Below the pieces are notes generated by a model, which worked only from the letters and a program-made list of their open reading frames with translations, had not been told where the DNA came from and searched no databases. From a virus: a DNA stretch of 64,000 nucleotides. The stretch is taken from the IMG/VR virus record IMGVR_UViG_3300047552_000676, positions 6,116-70,115 of that record. The stretch is one strand, 5' to 3'. Of this stretch, positions 28,754-38,994 are shown piece after piece. Every line of letters begins with the position of its first letter. Position 1 is the first letter of the stretch. The position numbers were made by a program, and so were the translations under genes.

Positions 28754-30292
28754 TTATACCGGGTAGTTTGCAGTCAGACTATACTCTAGCGTAGACGTAG
28801 ACGATACTCCTGTGTAAGAAATCGTCATCTCTAGTTGGAAGTCAAAATCCTCCGGGAAATTAGGTGGTATAGAATACGGATCGTAAGCCGACGACACTGT
28901 GACGATACTCAGTGTGATTGAAGTATCTACAGTAGCCTCAGCATTAAACGTCAGCGTCCAGAGGTTAGAATCGACAGCTACGTCGGCCAACAACGTGGGA
29001 TTTGAGCTGAAATCTCCCGAGTACGTGAAAGTCGGTAGGGTCTTGTCGTAGTCTTCTTCCCAACTAACTATGTCCCCTGAAGCTGTTCGTGTAACCAGCA
29101 TTCTTACCAGTGTAACGTCCAGACCGAATTCCGGTGTGGGAGAACTACTTAGTGAGAGTGACACAAGACCATTGAGTCGAAAGTCTTTTGCGTAATACGG
29201 GGACCAACTAGCAAATAGGCCGGGAGACTCGTAGCCTGGGCGGAACCAAAACGCCTCGTCCTCGGTTGGGTGCTTAACCCAAAACTCACTAGTCGTAAAA
29301 GTTTGGGCCAACAAGTGAGGAGCGTAGAACATAGTCACGCGTTGACTACTAGAAACCGCTTGTGCCACTTCCTCTTCGTCTTTTATAGTAAAGGTGTAGT
29401 CTAGAGCTGCACCTGAAGCGTAGTAGGGAGATGCGGATGGCTCGAATAAGTCTAGAGGTATTGTGTCCTCTAGCTGGTACAGATAGTCACTGACTTTCGT
29501 GAGCTCTGGAGTTGAAACATCTACCTCCACAATACTGTCCGGATTTTCTGGATCAGTATTTAGCAGCTCGTAGTCGAAACCCGAGCGCAACGCTGAGATA
29601 GTGTAACCGATAGGCAGTGGATATTCCGTACGCACAAGAATTCTTAGGACTCGTGTCCAGCTTATGTAACTGGCTACGTTGGGGGCAAAATGCGGAACTA
29701 CTTCAGTTTCACCTACACCGTAGATCTGGAAAGCTAGTGTAAAGATTCCAGAGCTAGGAATATAAGAATTCCCAGCACCAAGTACCGTGAACGGGAAAGT
29801 AAACGCCGCTAGGCCACCGGCGCCTCTGTGCCCTTCGCCTAGTGGATCGAATTCGAGTCTGAATGCCCCATGTCCTACCGACAGATCAGATTCGCCATCT
29901 ATAGAGAACTCTAGGGTAAGACTACCTGTGCCTCTAACCGGTCCATAACCAGTACCTTCAGGGGCTACATCAAATGTGAACGCCGAAGAGCCTGATACCA
30001 GTGCATATCCAAATCCGGTAAAGGAAAAATCCAGCTCAGTAGCGGCTGCACCACTGATTCCAGCGTAACCGTCGCCAGAGGGGGTGAAGTCCACTTCAAA
30101 GGCACCTGGACCTTTGAAGATAAACTCCCCTTCACCACTTACGGAGATATCCGTCTGAAAACTGCCCTCACCCTGAAAGGTAATTCCGCCTTGACCACTT
30201 ATTTGGAAATCTAAGACGAAGCTACCATAGTTTCCGGATTCAGAACTGTGTTCAGAGATTGCAGCTTCACTTAGAGATCCAAATCCTAACAT
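28754..30292 (-). CDS. Putative virion fibre/decoration protein
   Basis: MLGFGSLSE N-terminus followed by roughly 20-aa G-x-G repeats. Confidence 0.6.
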   Translation of the reverse strand: MLGFGSLSEAAISEHSSESGNYGSFVLDFQISGQGGITFQGEGSFQTDISVSGEGEFIFKGPGAFEVDFTPSGDGYAGISGAAATELDFSFTGFGYALVSGSSAFTFDVAPEGTGYGPVRGTGSLTLEFSIDGESDLSVGHGAFRLEFDPLGEGHRGAGGLAAFTFPFTVLGAGNSYIPSSGIFTLAFQIYGVGETEVVPHFAPNVASYISWTRVLRILVRTEYPLPIGYTISALRSGFDYELLNTDPENPDSIVEVDVSTPELTKVSDYLYQLEDTIPLDLFEPSASPYYASGAALDYTFTIKDEEEVAQAVSSSQRVTMFYAPHLLAQTFTTSEFWVKHPTEDEAFWFRPGYESPGLFASWSPYYAKDFRLNGLVSLSLSSSPTPEFGLDVTLVRMLVTRTASGDIVSWEEDYDKTLPTFTYSGDFSSNPTLLADVAVDSNLWTLTFNAEATVDTSITLSIVTVSSAYDPYSIPPNFPEDFDFQLEMTISYTGVSSTSTLEYSLTANYPV

Positions 30293-30298
30293 GTCGTA

Positions 30299-30712
30299 TT
30301 AGGCTCCGCCTACCGTAATAGCGAAAGATGTGATAGCTATCGGGCCACCGGCTATGATGTCAACAGTGTTCAACTTCAACGCCCCAGATCCAGCAGTGAC
30401 AGTGACGTCGATATCCATGATGGCGTTTCCATCTCCGTCTTTCAATCTGGCCCACGCGGCGGTTCCAGTGTTATCCGCGGAAGAGTCCTGAGTGATAGCT
30501 CCAAAGGTTATAACTCCGGATGTCACTGTGCCTACCGGGTCACTACAGGTTAAAGTTCCCAGAAGAGTTTGAGTGCTAATCGCAGTGGCCGGGCCTGCGG
30601 GCTGCGGAGCGGTGTATATCTGAATGGTCGGTGCACCAGCGCCAGCCGACAACTGATCGATAATCTCTTGTCCGATAGCAGTTCTCAATGCAGTCAAAAA
30701 TTTGTAGATCAT
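30299..30712 (-). CDS. Putative virion structural protein
   Basis: IQIYTAPQP...LLGTL...GTAAWARL...DIDV pattern typical of phage decoration proteins. Confidence 0.65.
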   Translation of the reverse strand: MIYKFLTALRTAIGQEIIDQLSAGAGAPTIQIYTAPQPAGPATAISTQTLLGTLTCSDPVGTVTSGVITFGAITQDSSADNTGTAAWARLKDGDGNAIMDIDVTVTAGSGALKLNTVDIIAGGPIAITSFAITVGGA

Positions 30713-30714
30713 GA

Positions 30715-30957
30715 TTATGGTATAGGAGGTATAGGGGGTAGCTCTGATCCTAGGTCATAGCTTCCCAGAACAGAGTCCAGTTGCACTGACTGAGCCACCA
30801 ACCACCAGTGTTGGTCCCCATACAGTTTTGATATTGCTACTGACAGGCTGTTATTGGGATCAATAGGATTAGATACGGTTGAGGCAACATTTAATGGAAC
30901 GTCAGAGGGTGGTCCATAGTACACATGGATTTGACGTCGATTCACGTTGATAGTCAT
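30715..30957 (-). CDS. Hypothetical protein
   Basis: 80 aa ORF. Confidence 0.5.
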   Translation of the reverse strand: MTINVNRRQIHVYYGPPSDVPLNVASTVSNPIDPNNSLSVAISKLYGDQHWWLVAQSVQLDSVLGSYDLGSELPPIPPIP

Positions 30958-30970
30958 AAGGACTTACTCC

Positions 30971-31315
30971 TTACTGACCAATGATGTTATCGTTCTTAAA
31001 ACCAGAGTTATAAGAAGTCTTACGTAGCTGTTGGTAGTGCTTGATAACAGTGCCTAACGAGTATATAGCACACCCGATTACAATACCGACCATAAGACGC
31101 GAAGGTATACCGTGTCTAATCAGATGAGCGATCTCCACGGTACATGCTATAGCAGTCAGGGACATGCCAAGATTCTGTAAGAACGTGTCTTTATAAGCCT
31201 TGGACCAGAGGCCCAGACTACACGCCGACGTCAATAAAACAAGCGCAACTGTGTAAATCACTGTCAATGTTTCATCGATCTGGAAAAACACGACGATCTC
31301 CTGCTTTAGGATCAC
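30971..31315 (-). CDS. Three-TM membrane protein (holin/antiholin-like)
   Basis: Three hydrophobic segments; overlaps the holin-like gene; start uncertain. Confidence 0.55.
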   Translation of the reverse strand: MILKQEIVVFFQIDETLTVIYTVALVLLTSACSLGLWSKAYKDTFLQNLGMSLTAIACTVEIAHLIRHGIPSRLMVGIVIGCAIYSLGTVIKHYQQLRKTSYNSGFKNDNIIGQ

Positions 31316-31721
31316 TCTTTTCTTTGCTCATGGTATCCTTTTTGAACGGTGAGGATTCCAACGAGGGCCTAATAGAATCTTGGAATTTTGGCGTCAGCCC
31401 AAAAAGTCTTCGGATACCATCTACGACCGCCATGCTTATTAGCTTCGTATCTAGCAATTGAACAACTTCATAGGTCTTTGCTACGATAGCCATACCAAAA
31501 AGACCTAGCAGAAATCCAACTAGCCCTTCGGAGTGGTTCATTCCTGACCAGATGGCTAGGGGGGTAGCTCCGTAGTAACTCAATGAGGAGCCACCCAAAA
31601 CCATAAAGGACTTCTCAGGAATGGTTCCATTCACGAATTTTAGACTAGCAATGGCTCCGGCGGTGCCTGCGACAAATTTGGCAACATCGAAGGAGTACTC
31701 CGGTGGTGTCATAGGTTGCAT
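31272..31721 (-). CDS. Putative holin
   Basis: AGTAGAIASL...GLVGFLLGLFGM transmembrane pattern with a charged C-terminal tail. Confidence 0.7.
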   Translation of the reverse strand: MQPMTPPEYSFDVAKFVAGTAGAIASLKFVNGTIPEKSFMVLGGSSLSYYGATPLAIWSGMNHSEGLVGFLLGLFGMAIVAKTYEVVQLLDTKLISMAVVDGIRRLFGLTPKFQDSIRPSLESSPFKKDTMSKEKSDPKAGDRRVFPDR

Positions 31722-31782
31722 GGTTATTGTTCCCTGTCAAGTTACAGAAAGCCCTTGTGAGGCAATAGAATAGAAGTAGCTT

Positions 31783-32115
31783 TCATGGGAATCCTGCTGG
31801 CTGAATCTTCAAACGGAAATTATTGAAGACGCAATACGCTTGTCTTGGAATACACAATGCAACTCCTACTGCTAGATAAAAATGCGCAGAAGGCCAGAAG
31901 ACCATGAAGACCACGGGCCAGACCAAAGAGCACACAAGAAAGTACATATGGGTGACTTCCTCTTTCTTGTCAGAAAACTTTGCCCACAAACGGTTAAGAA
32001 TTACGTTCGTTTCCTTGCGATTAGTTCGTACAATAGTAATTGTCTGTCGCCAGTCGATAGCTAGTAGAACGAGCAATACGAGTAGAAGTAGAAGCGTAAG
32101 AATTGAAGCACTCAT
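31783..32115 (-). CDS. Membrane protein
   Basis: Three hydrophobic segments, DW-x-T...ETN motif. Confidence 0.55.
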   Translation of the reverse strand: MSASILTLLLLLVLLVLLAIDWRQTITIVRTNRKETNVILNRLWAKFSDKKEEVTHMYFLVCSLVWPVVFMVFWPSAHFYLAVGVALCIPRQAYCVFNNFRLKIQPAGFP

Positions 32116-32480
32116 GGGTTTTCTCCGTTAAGGGGTGGAACGATCTCTAAACCTAACTCATCCAGCAGAGCCAACGCCGACGTCTCTTCTACAAGACGTA
32201 CGACGGAGGTTTCTACTAGCTCAGTTATGGATTCAAGAGAATACGGCAGTTGTAGCTGCTGACAGACGTCGTACAGTGCATTCGCATCCTTAGTAAGCGC
32301 TACGAACTTCTCACCCAGCCAACCGCTAGTCAACCAGTGAGTTGGTGGGCCCGTATCCCCTTTTGGACGCAGATCTATTCGGAATTCTGCGTATCCAGCA
32401 GGGGACAAGGTTGAGGCTATAGTACGAGCCATCTCGACTTTGGCATTGATAACAACAATGGAAATATGGGTGTCAGCCAT
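32112..32480 (-). CDS. Hypothetical protein (start probably MADTHI at 32480)
   Basis: PPTHWLTSG motif; follows the fibre-like gene. Confidence 0.5.
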   Translation of the reverse strand: MADTHISIVVINAKVEMARTIASTLSPAGYAEFRIDLRPKGDTGPPTHWLTSGWLGEKFVALTKDANALYDVCQQLQLPYSLESITELVETSVVRLVEETSALALLDELGLEIVPPLNGENP

Positions 32481-32481
32481 T

Positions 32482-34866
32482 TTAGTACACCAGCCTTGCG
32501 ATGTTCTTTGCGTATTGCTGAAGGTTTGCAAGAAGCCCGTCAGTAGTGCCCCCACCACGAATGGTGAGAGACGAAATCCCCCCGTTAAAATACGATCCAG
32601 TTCCCGCGCGACTAAAAAGATAGATTGTCTGGTTAGAAAAGTTTCCACCACCTGGGGGTGTATTATCAATCCCTACCATAGCAGGTTCAATATTATTTGA
32701 ACGAAGCTGTAGCTCGGAGTACGCAACTGAACTGCTGGTTCCAAGTACTGAAGACTGCACAGTTGTGATAGGCGCTGTAACGCCATTGTGACCTCTCCAT
32801 TGACGACCAGTTGCGCCTCGAAGCTCTACGGAAAACGAGTTAGCGCCTGTACCAGTAGTATTCGACGCTCGCATATTGAACGTGCCGTTTGTCGAAGAGA
32901 CTGCCGGACCATGCTCATACACCATTCCGAATGCAGTATCAGAATTTTTCGTTACAGTCGCCACCACGCACACTTTATCAGTACTGCTTAGATCCAGTGG
33001 TGCTGACATCCAATGAGATGTACCGTTCCCTACGACACGCGGCGGAAAACCTTCTGTATCGTAATCCGTTGATGTGTTTACTCGCTGATAGAGTGGAATT
33101 GGTTTAGCTGCGTCCGAAGCTGTGCGGACATCTGCACCCCATTCGTAACGAGTTGCATTGTTCACGCGGTTTGTGAGTCCATCACCTGTAGCGGAATGCG
33201 TGAAAGAGATCAACGTGGTTGTTGCACCAATTTGCCCTGCTAGGTTAACCGCGTACCAGCCGTTACCTAAATTCTCTATGGACACAGAAGATAGAGTGGC
33301 CCCACCGCCGCCAAAGATGTTTGAGACGCCAAGCGTCCCAGTCGCCAGGTTTACCCATTGCCTAACTTGATTAGAGAACGTGGCGTCGGCAAGGCAGACG
33401 GATACCCAGTCATGGTTTCCTCGCTTGATAACCCTCCTTGCCTTGTAAACGGAACTTGTAATAGAAGTAATACCTTGGCGAATAAAGGCCGTCCCCGCCA
33501 CCCCCTCAGTCAGCAAATCCGCAGTTGTAGTTCCATTCGGTGCAGTTGTATTATCCGCAGTGACCGTTGTGTCGGTCTTGGTCCATGCCGGATCATCAAA
33601 TTGCTCGCTCTTAATCAGCAGGTTGACACGCTGCGTGAACGTCGGTCGCGCTCCGGCGCTTGACTGAGAAGCATGATTTCCGGGAAGAGCCTTGACGGAT
33701 ATCACCACGAAGCTGATCGTTGCTGCCGAAGACGCAGTTAGATAAACACCACCACTGCCGACAGTTGGCACTTTAACCGTAGATGTCAGGCCAGCACCTA
33801 CGGTAGCCGGGATAGGGCCACTCGCGCTAGTGTTTCTAACGTTGATTGTCACCCCACCTGTGTTCTGAATCGTTAGTTCAGCCCAGCCATCTGTACCCAT
33901 GCCGGGTAATCTTACCCAGCTTTGATTGCTAGCGTCAACTCTAGTCGCAGATCCAACTCCAGTGACAGTGTCGTACGAAGCTGCGGTTGCGACACCTAAT
34001 AGACCAACGACTCCTGAGGCTTTTAACTCAGGTCCACGAACGCCTCCGTACTTCATATCCAGCCAAAGACCAACTGGCTGCTCTGGTGCTGTGTTTGGAA
34101 CTAATCCAGCAGAGTCCTGAAACAATGCTACACGATTACCCCCCGCCGCCAAGAATTCTGTGTTCCAGTCGGTGATCAATTGATATGTAGTAGCGCTAGA
34201 TCCGTACTCAAATTGCACTCCCCACATGAGAATGCCCTCTGTCCCTGTACCCGCGTAATTGACAACCCCATCTGCTGTCGCAGTCTGTACCTGGGCTCGT
34301 TCTGTTGTTGCGGCAGGTGTGACCGTGATCGCGCATCTATACCAACCGTTACCCGCTGGTGTTATGCTAGCTGAAATTCCAGCATTCACAGTGCCAACCA
34401 GTCCGTTCGCCAGATCAAACCACGCACCCGTATTTGTTATCCCATCGAAATGTCGAATATACGCCCAAGAGAGTTCCGCAGCTTTGAGATGCCAAGTCTG
34501 TGTTATAGGCACCCCGACTTGGCAGGTAGTAGCCTGGTATTTGGAATGGGACGTGTTGGTTACAGAATCGACTAATTTCCCAGCAGTCATCGTTCCATCA
34601 GGGGCGACGGCCACATTGTCCGTCGTCGTACTAGCCCCTGCAAGCCACGCTGCGTTTGTGAAAACCTGACTGTATGTCAGCCGATTCCGCCGACGCAGTA
34701 TAGTATTGGGATCGTAAGTCTCTAGATGCAGACCTGGTTCACCCGAACGAAACGCCTCGCGGATGTCAAACGGCTTCCGTGCGAACCACTGAATAACAGA
34801 GGCAATGTTGATAAAGCCTCGCTGTTTACGAGGCCCCTTAAAGGCGAATCGTTTCATAGTTTTCAA
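32482..34866 (-). CDS. Virion fibre / carbohydrate-binding protein with duplicated jelly-roll domains
   Basis: Two copies of N-x-L-x-x-S-x-x-F...W...GNGWY domain, plus a LamG-like C-terminus. Confidence 0.7.
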   Translation of the reverse strand: MKTMKRFAFKGPRKQRGFINIASVIQWFARKPFDIREAFRSGEPGLHLETYDPNTILRRRNRLTYSQVFTNAAWLAGASTTTDNVAVAPDGTMTAGKLVDSVTNTSHSKYQATTCQVGVPITQTWHLKAAELSWAYIRHFDGITNTGAWFDLANGLVGTVNAGISASITPAGNGWYRCAITVTPAATTERAQVQTATADGVVNYAGTGTEGILMWGVQFEYGSSATTYQLITDWNTEFLAAGGNRVALFQDSAGLVPNTAPEQPVGLWLDMKYGGVRGPELKASGVVGLLGVATAASYDTVTGVGSATRVDASNQSWVRLPGMGTDGWAELTIQNTGGVTINVRNTSASGPIPATVGAGLTSTVKVPTVGSGGVYLTASSAATISFVVISVKALPGNHASQSSAGARPTFTQRVNLLIKSEQFDDPAWTKTDTTVTADNTTAPNGTTTADLLTEGVAGTAFIRQGITSITSSVYKARRVIKRGNHDWVSVCLADATFSNQVRQWVNLATGTLGVSNIFGGGGATLSSVSIENLGNGWYAVNLAGQIGATTTLISFTHSATGDGLTNRVNNATRYEWGADVRTASDAAKPIPLYQRVNTSTDYDTEGFPPRVVGNGTSHWMSAPLDLSSTDKVCVVATVTKNSDTAFGMVYEHGPAVSSTNGTFNMRASNTTGTGANSFSVELRGATGRQWRGHNGVTAPITTVQSSVLGTSSSVAYSELQLRSNNIEPAMVGIDNTPPGGGNFSNQTIYLFSRAGTGSYFNGGISSLTIRGGGTTDGLLANLQQYAKNIARLVY

Positions 34867-35918
34867 ACTCTCAGGCCGATTACCACATCCCGTTGGTTAG
34901 CGTACGAAGTCGGGGAAGCCGACGTACCAAATCTTATTTTGACATACGGGAAAGTAGCGAACACAAAGGGGTCCAGGACAATCACAGTTGAGACTGCCGG
35001 GATAGTAACGCGGTACTCACTACCAAACTGATCGTAGACATTACCAAAGGTAACTCCATCGAAGCTAGCTTGAAATGTCAGGGAGGTCGCCCCACCAACG
35101 TCCGCTGGAACTAACACCGAGCCTGCACGTTTCACACCTAGATTAACAGATCCAGATAAGGAAGCCGCCGCAGAGACCGTAGCACCAATAGAACCACCGC
35201 TCACACTCTTTACCGAGAACTCTGAGTCGGAAGCTGGAGCAACACTCAGGGAGTTGGCGGAAGTAGCAATTCCAAGAGCCGCAGGTAGCTTAGCAGACAT
35301 CAGAACGATCTTGTCCCGAATATCAGATAGCCAACCGATTACCCCACGACCACCAACTCCGAGCGCGGTAGACGCGGTGATCTTTGTGCCAAAAGAAGTG
35401 ACTGGTGCAAGGTTCGCTAAGTTAGGAGTGGAAAGCGAAGCTCCAGTGTTATTGTTGAACCACTGAGTAGTACCTATCTGGGCGGGAGGCGTTTCATTAA
35501 CGTCCATCAGTCTGGTAGACGTAATGATGTCCCCAACCGAAGCCCCTGTAAATCCGCTGACTACTTCAAACTGAGTATTGATAAACTCTTTGTCAGTGTC
35601 CAGATCAGAGCCTGACGCACCATACAGCATGATGGCGTAAGCATTCGTCGGATCAACGTCGTTGACTCTGCACAGTGGAACGTTTCCAACTGGATAGTAA
35701 ACTGCGATAGTGTAGTTGCTAGCGTCGTCAACGTAGCATGAAATCTTACCATCAACGTCAGCGATAAGAACGTTGCTACCGAGAATACTCGCGGGATTCG
35801 ACGTAGCATAAATGCTAGCCGGAGTATCTGAGTTATTGACGTTGATGTGAACTTGGAAACCAGCCGCTGCCGTTCCATCAGGCTGAATAAAGCGATATGC
35901 TAATAGAGCGAGAGACAT
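34863..35918 (-). CDS. Putative virion structural protein
   Basis: G/S/T-rich, beta-rich; FQASFDGVTF motif. Confidence 0.55.
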   Translation of the reverse strand: MSLALLAYRFIQPDGTAAAGFQVHINVNNSDTPASIYATSNPASILGSNVLIADVDGKISCYVDDASNYTIAVYYPVGNVPLCRVNDVDPTNAYAIMLYGASGSDLDTDKEFINTQFEVVSGFTGASVGDIITSTRLMDVNETPPAQIGTTQWFNNNTGASLSTPNLANLAPVTSFGTKITASTALGVGGRGVIGWLSDIRDKIVLMSAKLPAALGIATSANSLSVAPASDSEFSVKSVSGGSIGATVSAAASLSGSVNLGVKRAGSVLVPADVGGATSLTFQASFDGVTFGNVYDQFGSEYRVTIPAVSTVIVLDPFVFATFPYVKIRFGTSASPTSYANQRDVVIGLRV

Positions 35919-35923
35919 GGGAA

Positions 35924-37102
35924 TTAGCCTTGAACGTTAATGGTTTTGAGGATCTTGTCCATCTTCGCTTCGTCGAGGTTGAAGCGCGAACGCAAGAATT
36001 CCAGATCGTCGTAGGTAGCTACTGCACCTTCACCCTTCATAACCAGGAAGAAGGTCAAGATGTAGCTGTTAGGCCCTTTCTTGATAGCAGTGTTCAGTTT
36101 AGCCTTAGTGGAGTTGACCAGAGGTTGGAAATCCTTGATCATCTGAATCAGAATGTTGTCTGCGTCAGACTTGTTAGTCACTTCCGAGCGTAGAACAAAC
36201 TGAATCGCTTGTTCACCAAATCGGATGGACTTGATGTACTGCTGATACAGAAATAGTTCCTTCTTCAAGTTACGCTCGTTAACTAGAACATTCATCGGCA
36301 GAGCACCGATGGAAGAGTTAAAGTTGTCGAGGCTTAGAAGGAGGTTCAGGGCACGAGTGGCTTCCTTAACTGTACTTACCTTACGAACCAGCAGGTCAGC
36401 CGACGGTGGAGTAAACTCTTGGGACACCGCGACGTAGTACCCAGGAGATACACGGCCAAGTCTATTTGAAGTTATGACAAACAGATTAGGGAAGAAATTT
36501 GACTCTTCATCTACCACACGTTGCAGGTGGAAGTACGTAGAGAAGACCAGGTCGCCTTCTACTTCGTAGAGGTAAGAGTAGGAGTTAGAAGCTTCGTAAG
36601 CAATGGACTTGGATAGTATCTTATCCATGTACCCATTGAAGTCTTTGAAGCCTGACGGCAAGTGCTTATCCCCTAGGTCTTTCAGGAATTGGAAAGCGCC
36701 CTTGAGACCTTCCATTACGCGCTTCTTCAGCTTGGCTAATTCACTAAGCGCGCGGGTGATATCTTCATCACGACCAGCAAAGCTCTGGCGGATGTTGATT
36801 TCCATGGACTCTAGGTTAGACTGAATAGCCCAGAGCTCGCTAACTACTTTGTAGTTTTTTCGCAGCTTTTGAAGATCGCCGTCAATCTTGACGTCTTCAG
36901 TAGGTCTAGTTTCAGGTGAGAGCTTTACAGACTTGGATTGCTGAGTTGTAATCTCCAGCACTAGCGCAGCGTTGATCTGCCGCTGGTAGATTTTCTGAAG
37001 ACCCAGCAATTCATCAACGTGGCTTCCTAGCTCTTTGATGGAGCGAAGCGCATCGTCGACGTAGCGATAGTTCTCTGCTAGGATACGTTTAGTGATGTGC
37101 AT
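35924..37102 (-). CDS. Hypothetical protein (coiled-coil N-terminus), possible head protein
   Basis: 392 aa ORF in the late operon. Confidence 0.55.
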   Translation of the reverse strand: MHITKRILAENYRYVDDALRSIKELGSHVDELLGLQKIYQRQINAALVLEITTQQSKSVKLSPETRPTEDVKIDGDLQKLRKNYKVVSELWAIQSNLESMEINIRQSFAGRDEDITRALSELAKLKKRVMEGLKGAFQFLKDLGDKHLPSGFKDFNGYMDKILSKSIAYEASNSYSYLYEVEGDLVFSTYFHLQRVVDEESNFFPNLFVITSNRLGRVSPGYYVAVSQEFTPPSADLLVRKVSTVKEATRALNLLLSLDNFNSSIGALPMNVLVNERNLKKELFLYQQYIKSIRFGEQAIQFVLRSEVTNKSDADNILIQMIKDFQPLVNSTKAKLNTAIKKGPNSYILTFFLVMKGEGAVATYDDLEFLRSRFNLDEAKMDKILKTINVQG

Positions 37103-37106
37103 AATT

Positions 37107-37631
37107 CTAGTCTGCCGTTGACAGGACCTTTACTCTACGCACCATTGATGCTAGAGAACTTTCCTGCTTTGTTTGTGGATTCTTGTCCTGCAGAGCCGGC
37201 TGGGTTTCTTCTACAGCTTTCGGTTCTTGCTGCTCTTGCTCGTCGACGGTTACAGCTTTTTTATCTACATCCGGCTTGAATTTTGAGGAGAAAAAGTCAA
37301 CGTATAAAGTGTTAGATCCGTCACCCGTTTGCTCAGAGATTGAGTAAGGTGCGAAACCAGCTTTGTGCATACCTACTACGAGTTCAACCATCTTGGGTGT
37401 TTGAACACGCTGACGACCGTCGTTTAGTTTCGACTGCAAAACTTTACCGCAGCAATACGAAACGATAACCATACCAGAGTTCGCTAGGTCGTCTTTAACT
37501 GTAACGGTGTTAACGCTGTTGACCAGTGAGGAGATAGCCGAAGTCACTAGCTCGCCTATCTGCTGCATAGTTTCAGGCTTCAACGAAGCGCCTGAGTCCA
37601 TAACCACATGAGGGGAAAGTACGCCGGGCAT
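37107..37631 (-). CDS. Hypothetical protein
   Basis: 174 aa ORF. Confidence 0.55.
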   Translation of the reverse strand: MPGVLSPHVVMDSGASLKPETMQQIGELVTSAISSLVNSVNTVTVKDDLANSGMVIVSYCCGKVLQSKLNDGRQRVQTPKMVELVVGMHKAGFAPYSISEQTGDGSNTLYVDFFSSKFKPDVDKKAVTVDEQEQQEPKAVEETQPALQDKNPQTKQESSLASMVRRVKVLSTAD

Positions 37632-37632
37632 A

Positions 37633-38022
37633 TCAGTGCTGAGTAAAAATCAGAATAGGTTTTTGATTGGCAGCCTGATGCAGTGTCACCGAACCCTTGA
37701 CTGATTTGACATCCCAAACCAGACGCTTCACTACGCTCTGGCGGTCGGATTCATTACGAGCAGATCCGTACTGTTTTGTCAGTGGAGCAACTGCATCATG
37801 AAAGTTCTGGATGCCAAACACTACAAAGTCGTCACCAGAATCCAACATTTCAAATGTCTTGAAACCTAGGATTTCAGACATAATTCTAGAAGCACGCAAA
37901 GTGTCTAGAGTGGCTGATACGACTTTGGTTTTGGAAGACACCAAACGGGTGTAATCAGTATAACCTTTGGTGTTCGCATTTACTAGCACACGACCAATCA
38001 TGGGCTTTGATGTAATAGTCAT
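37633..38022 (-). CDS. Hypothetical protein
   Basis: 129 aa ORF. Confidence 0.55.
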   Translation of the reverse strand: MTITSKPMIGRVLVNANTKGYTDYTRLVSSKTKVVSATLDTLRASRIMSEILGFKTFEMLDSGDDFVVFGIQNFHDAVAPLTKQYGSARNESDRQSVVKRLVWDVKSVKGSVTLHQAANQKPILIFTQH

Positions 38023-38024
38023 GC

Positions 38025-38495
38025 TCAGTCTTTCTTTACTTCACGGTAGATAAGGCTGGAGGGTAGCTTCTTTGCGGTGGTGGCTTTTTGCAGCATTGCC
38101 TGAACACGTTTGTTGGCGAGCATTCTGGTCACCCCCGGATGAAGCGGCTTCGGCCACGTTCCATACGGAACCCACTTGAATTCACTGTTTTCCCAGTTCA
38201 GCTTTAGCTGAAGCTCTGTGGCAGAGAACGCCAGGAAGTTCTTAAACACGAAGCCAGTCTTTTCGTCGGTGTCCGTGTAAAGAAGAAACAGTGTTGGGTT
38301 GCCAACGATGTGAGCTTCTTCCTTAGCTTCACGTCTCGCAGTTTTGGACCATGCCTCACCTTGTTCAACACCACCTGCGATAAGGCTCCAAGTGTTTGGC
38401 TCCGCCGATACGTTTGGGGAGCGCTTGACAAAGCAGAGACGGCCTGTGTCTTGAGCAACTAGAAGGATGCCAGCACCTTTGTTTGTATTAGACAT
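38025..38495 (-). CDS. Nudix hydrolase (start MSNTNK at 38495)
   Basis: GAGILL, WSLIAGGVEQGE...TARREAKEE Nudix box, LNWENSEFKW, PLHPG. Confidence 0.9.
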   Translation of the reverse strand: MSNTNKGAGILLVAQDTGRLCFVKRSPNVSAEPNTWSLIAGGVEQGEAWSKTARREAKEEAHIVGNPTLFLLYTDTDEKTGFVFKNFLAFSATELQLKLNWENSEFKWVPYGTWPKPLHPGVTRMLANKRVQAMLQKATTAKKLPSSLIYREVKKD

Positions 38496-38994
38496 AAAAT
38501 CCTTTGAATGTAGATAAGTCCGGAGTGACCCGTACACCGTTATAAAATTGCCCTGTCCACACCTTAGGGATGTCCTTTAGACCATAGAAGCGTTTCTTGT
38601 AGGGGAACTTTGGGTCTTCACCGCTAACGTAGTACTCTGCCCAATACCCAGACTCACGTGAGCCTTTCCTCAACATGACAGCTACCGGAATCTGTTTGAC
38701 CCCCTCTTTGATAAGAGCAGCTGAGCGATGACGACCTTCATGCCCAACTACCTTACCAGTTTCCATATCAATCTCTAACCAAGGTGGGTGTATGGAATCG
38801 CCTTTACGCGCAAACTCGTTGTACTCTTCAACGGTCTTGGTGTACTCGGCTTCTTCTTTTATCCATTGATCGACGTCTCCCTGATTGATAGTCAACCGAA
38901 TGAAGTCGTAGGGGTTCATCGTCATCATACCTATGCACTTGTTAGCCTTGGCCTGCGACATCATCTGCGGAGTTATTAGTAGCTGCTCAGCCAT
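38488..38994 (-). CDS. ParB/Srx-like domain protein
   Basis: PPWLEI...VVGHEGRHRSAAL...IPV. Confidence 0.7.
   Translation of the reverse strand: MAEQLLITPQMMSQAKANKCIGMMTMNPYDFIRLTINQGDVDQWIKEEAEYTKTVEEYNEFARKGDSIHPPWLEIDMETGKVVGHEGRHRSAALIKEGVKQIPVAVMLRKGSRESGYWAEYYVSGEDPKFPYKKRFYGLKDIPKVWTGQFYNGVRVTPDLSTFKGFYV

Noticed and set aside
30971-32115. Complete lysis cassette
   Set aside because: Holin-like membrane genes are present, but no adjacent endolysin or spanin is recognisable; the SLT gene belongs to the tail module.
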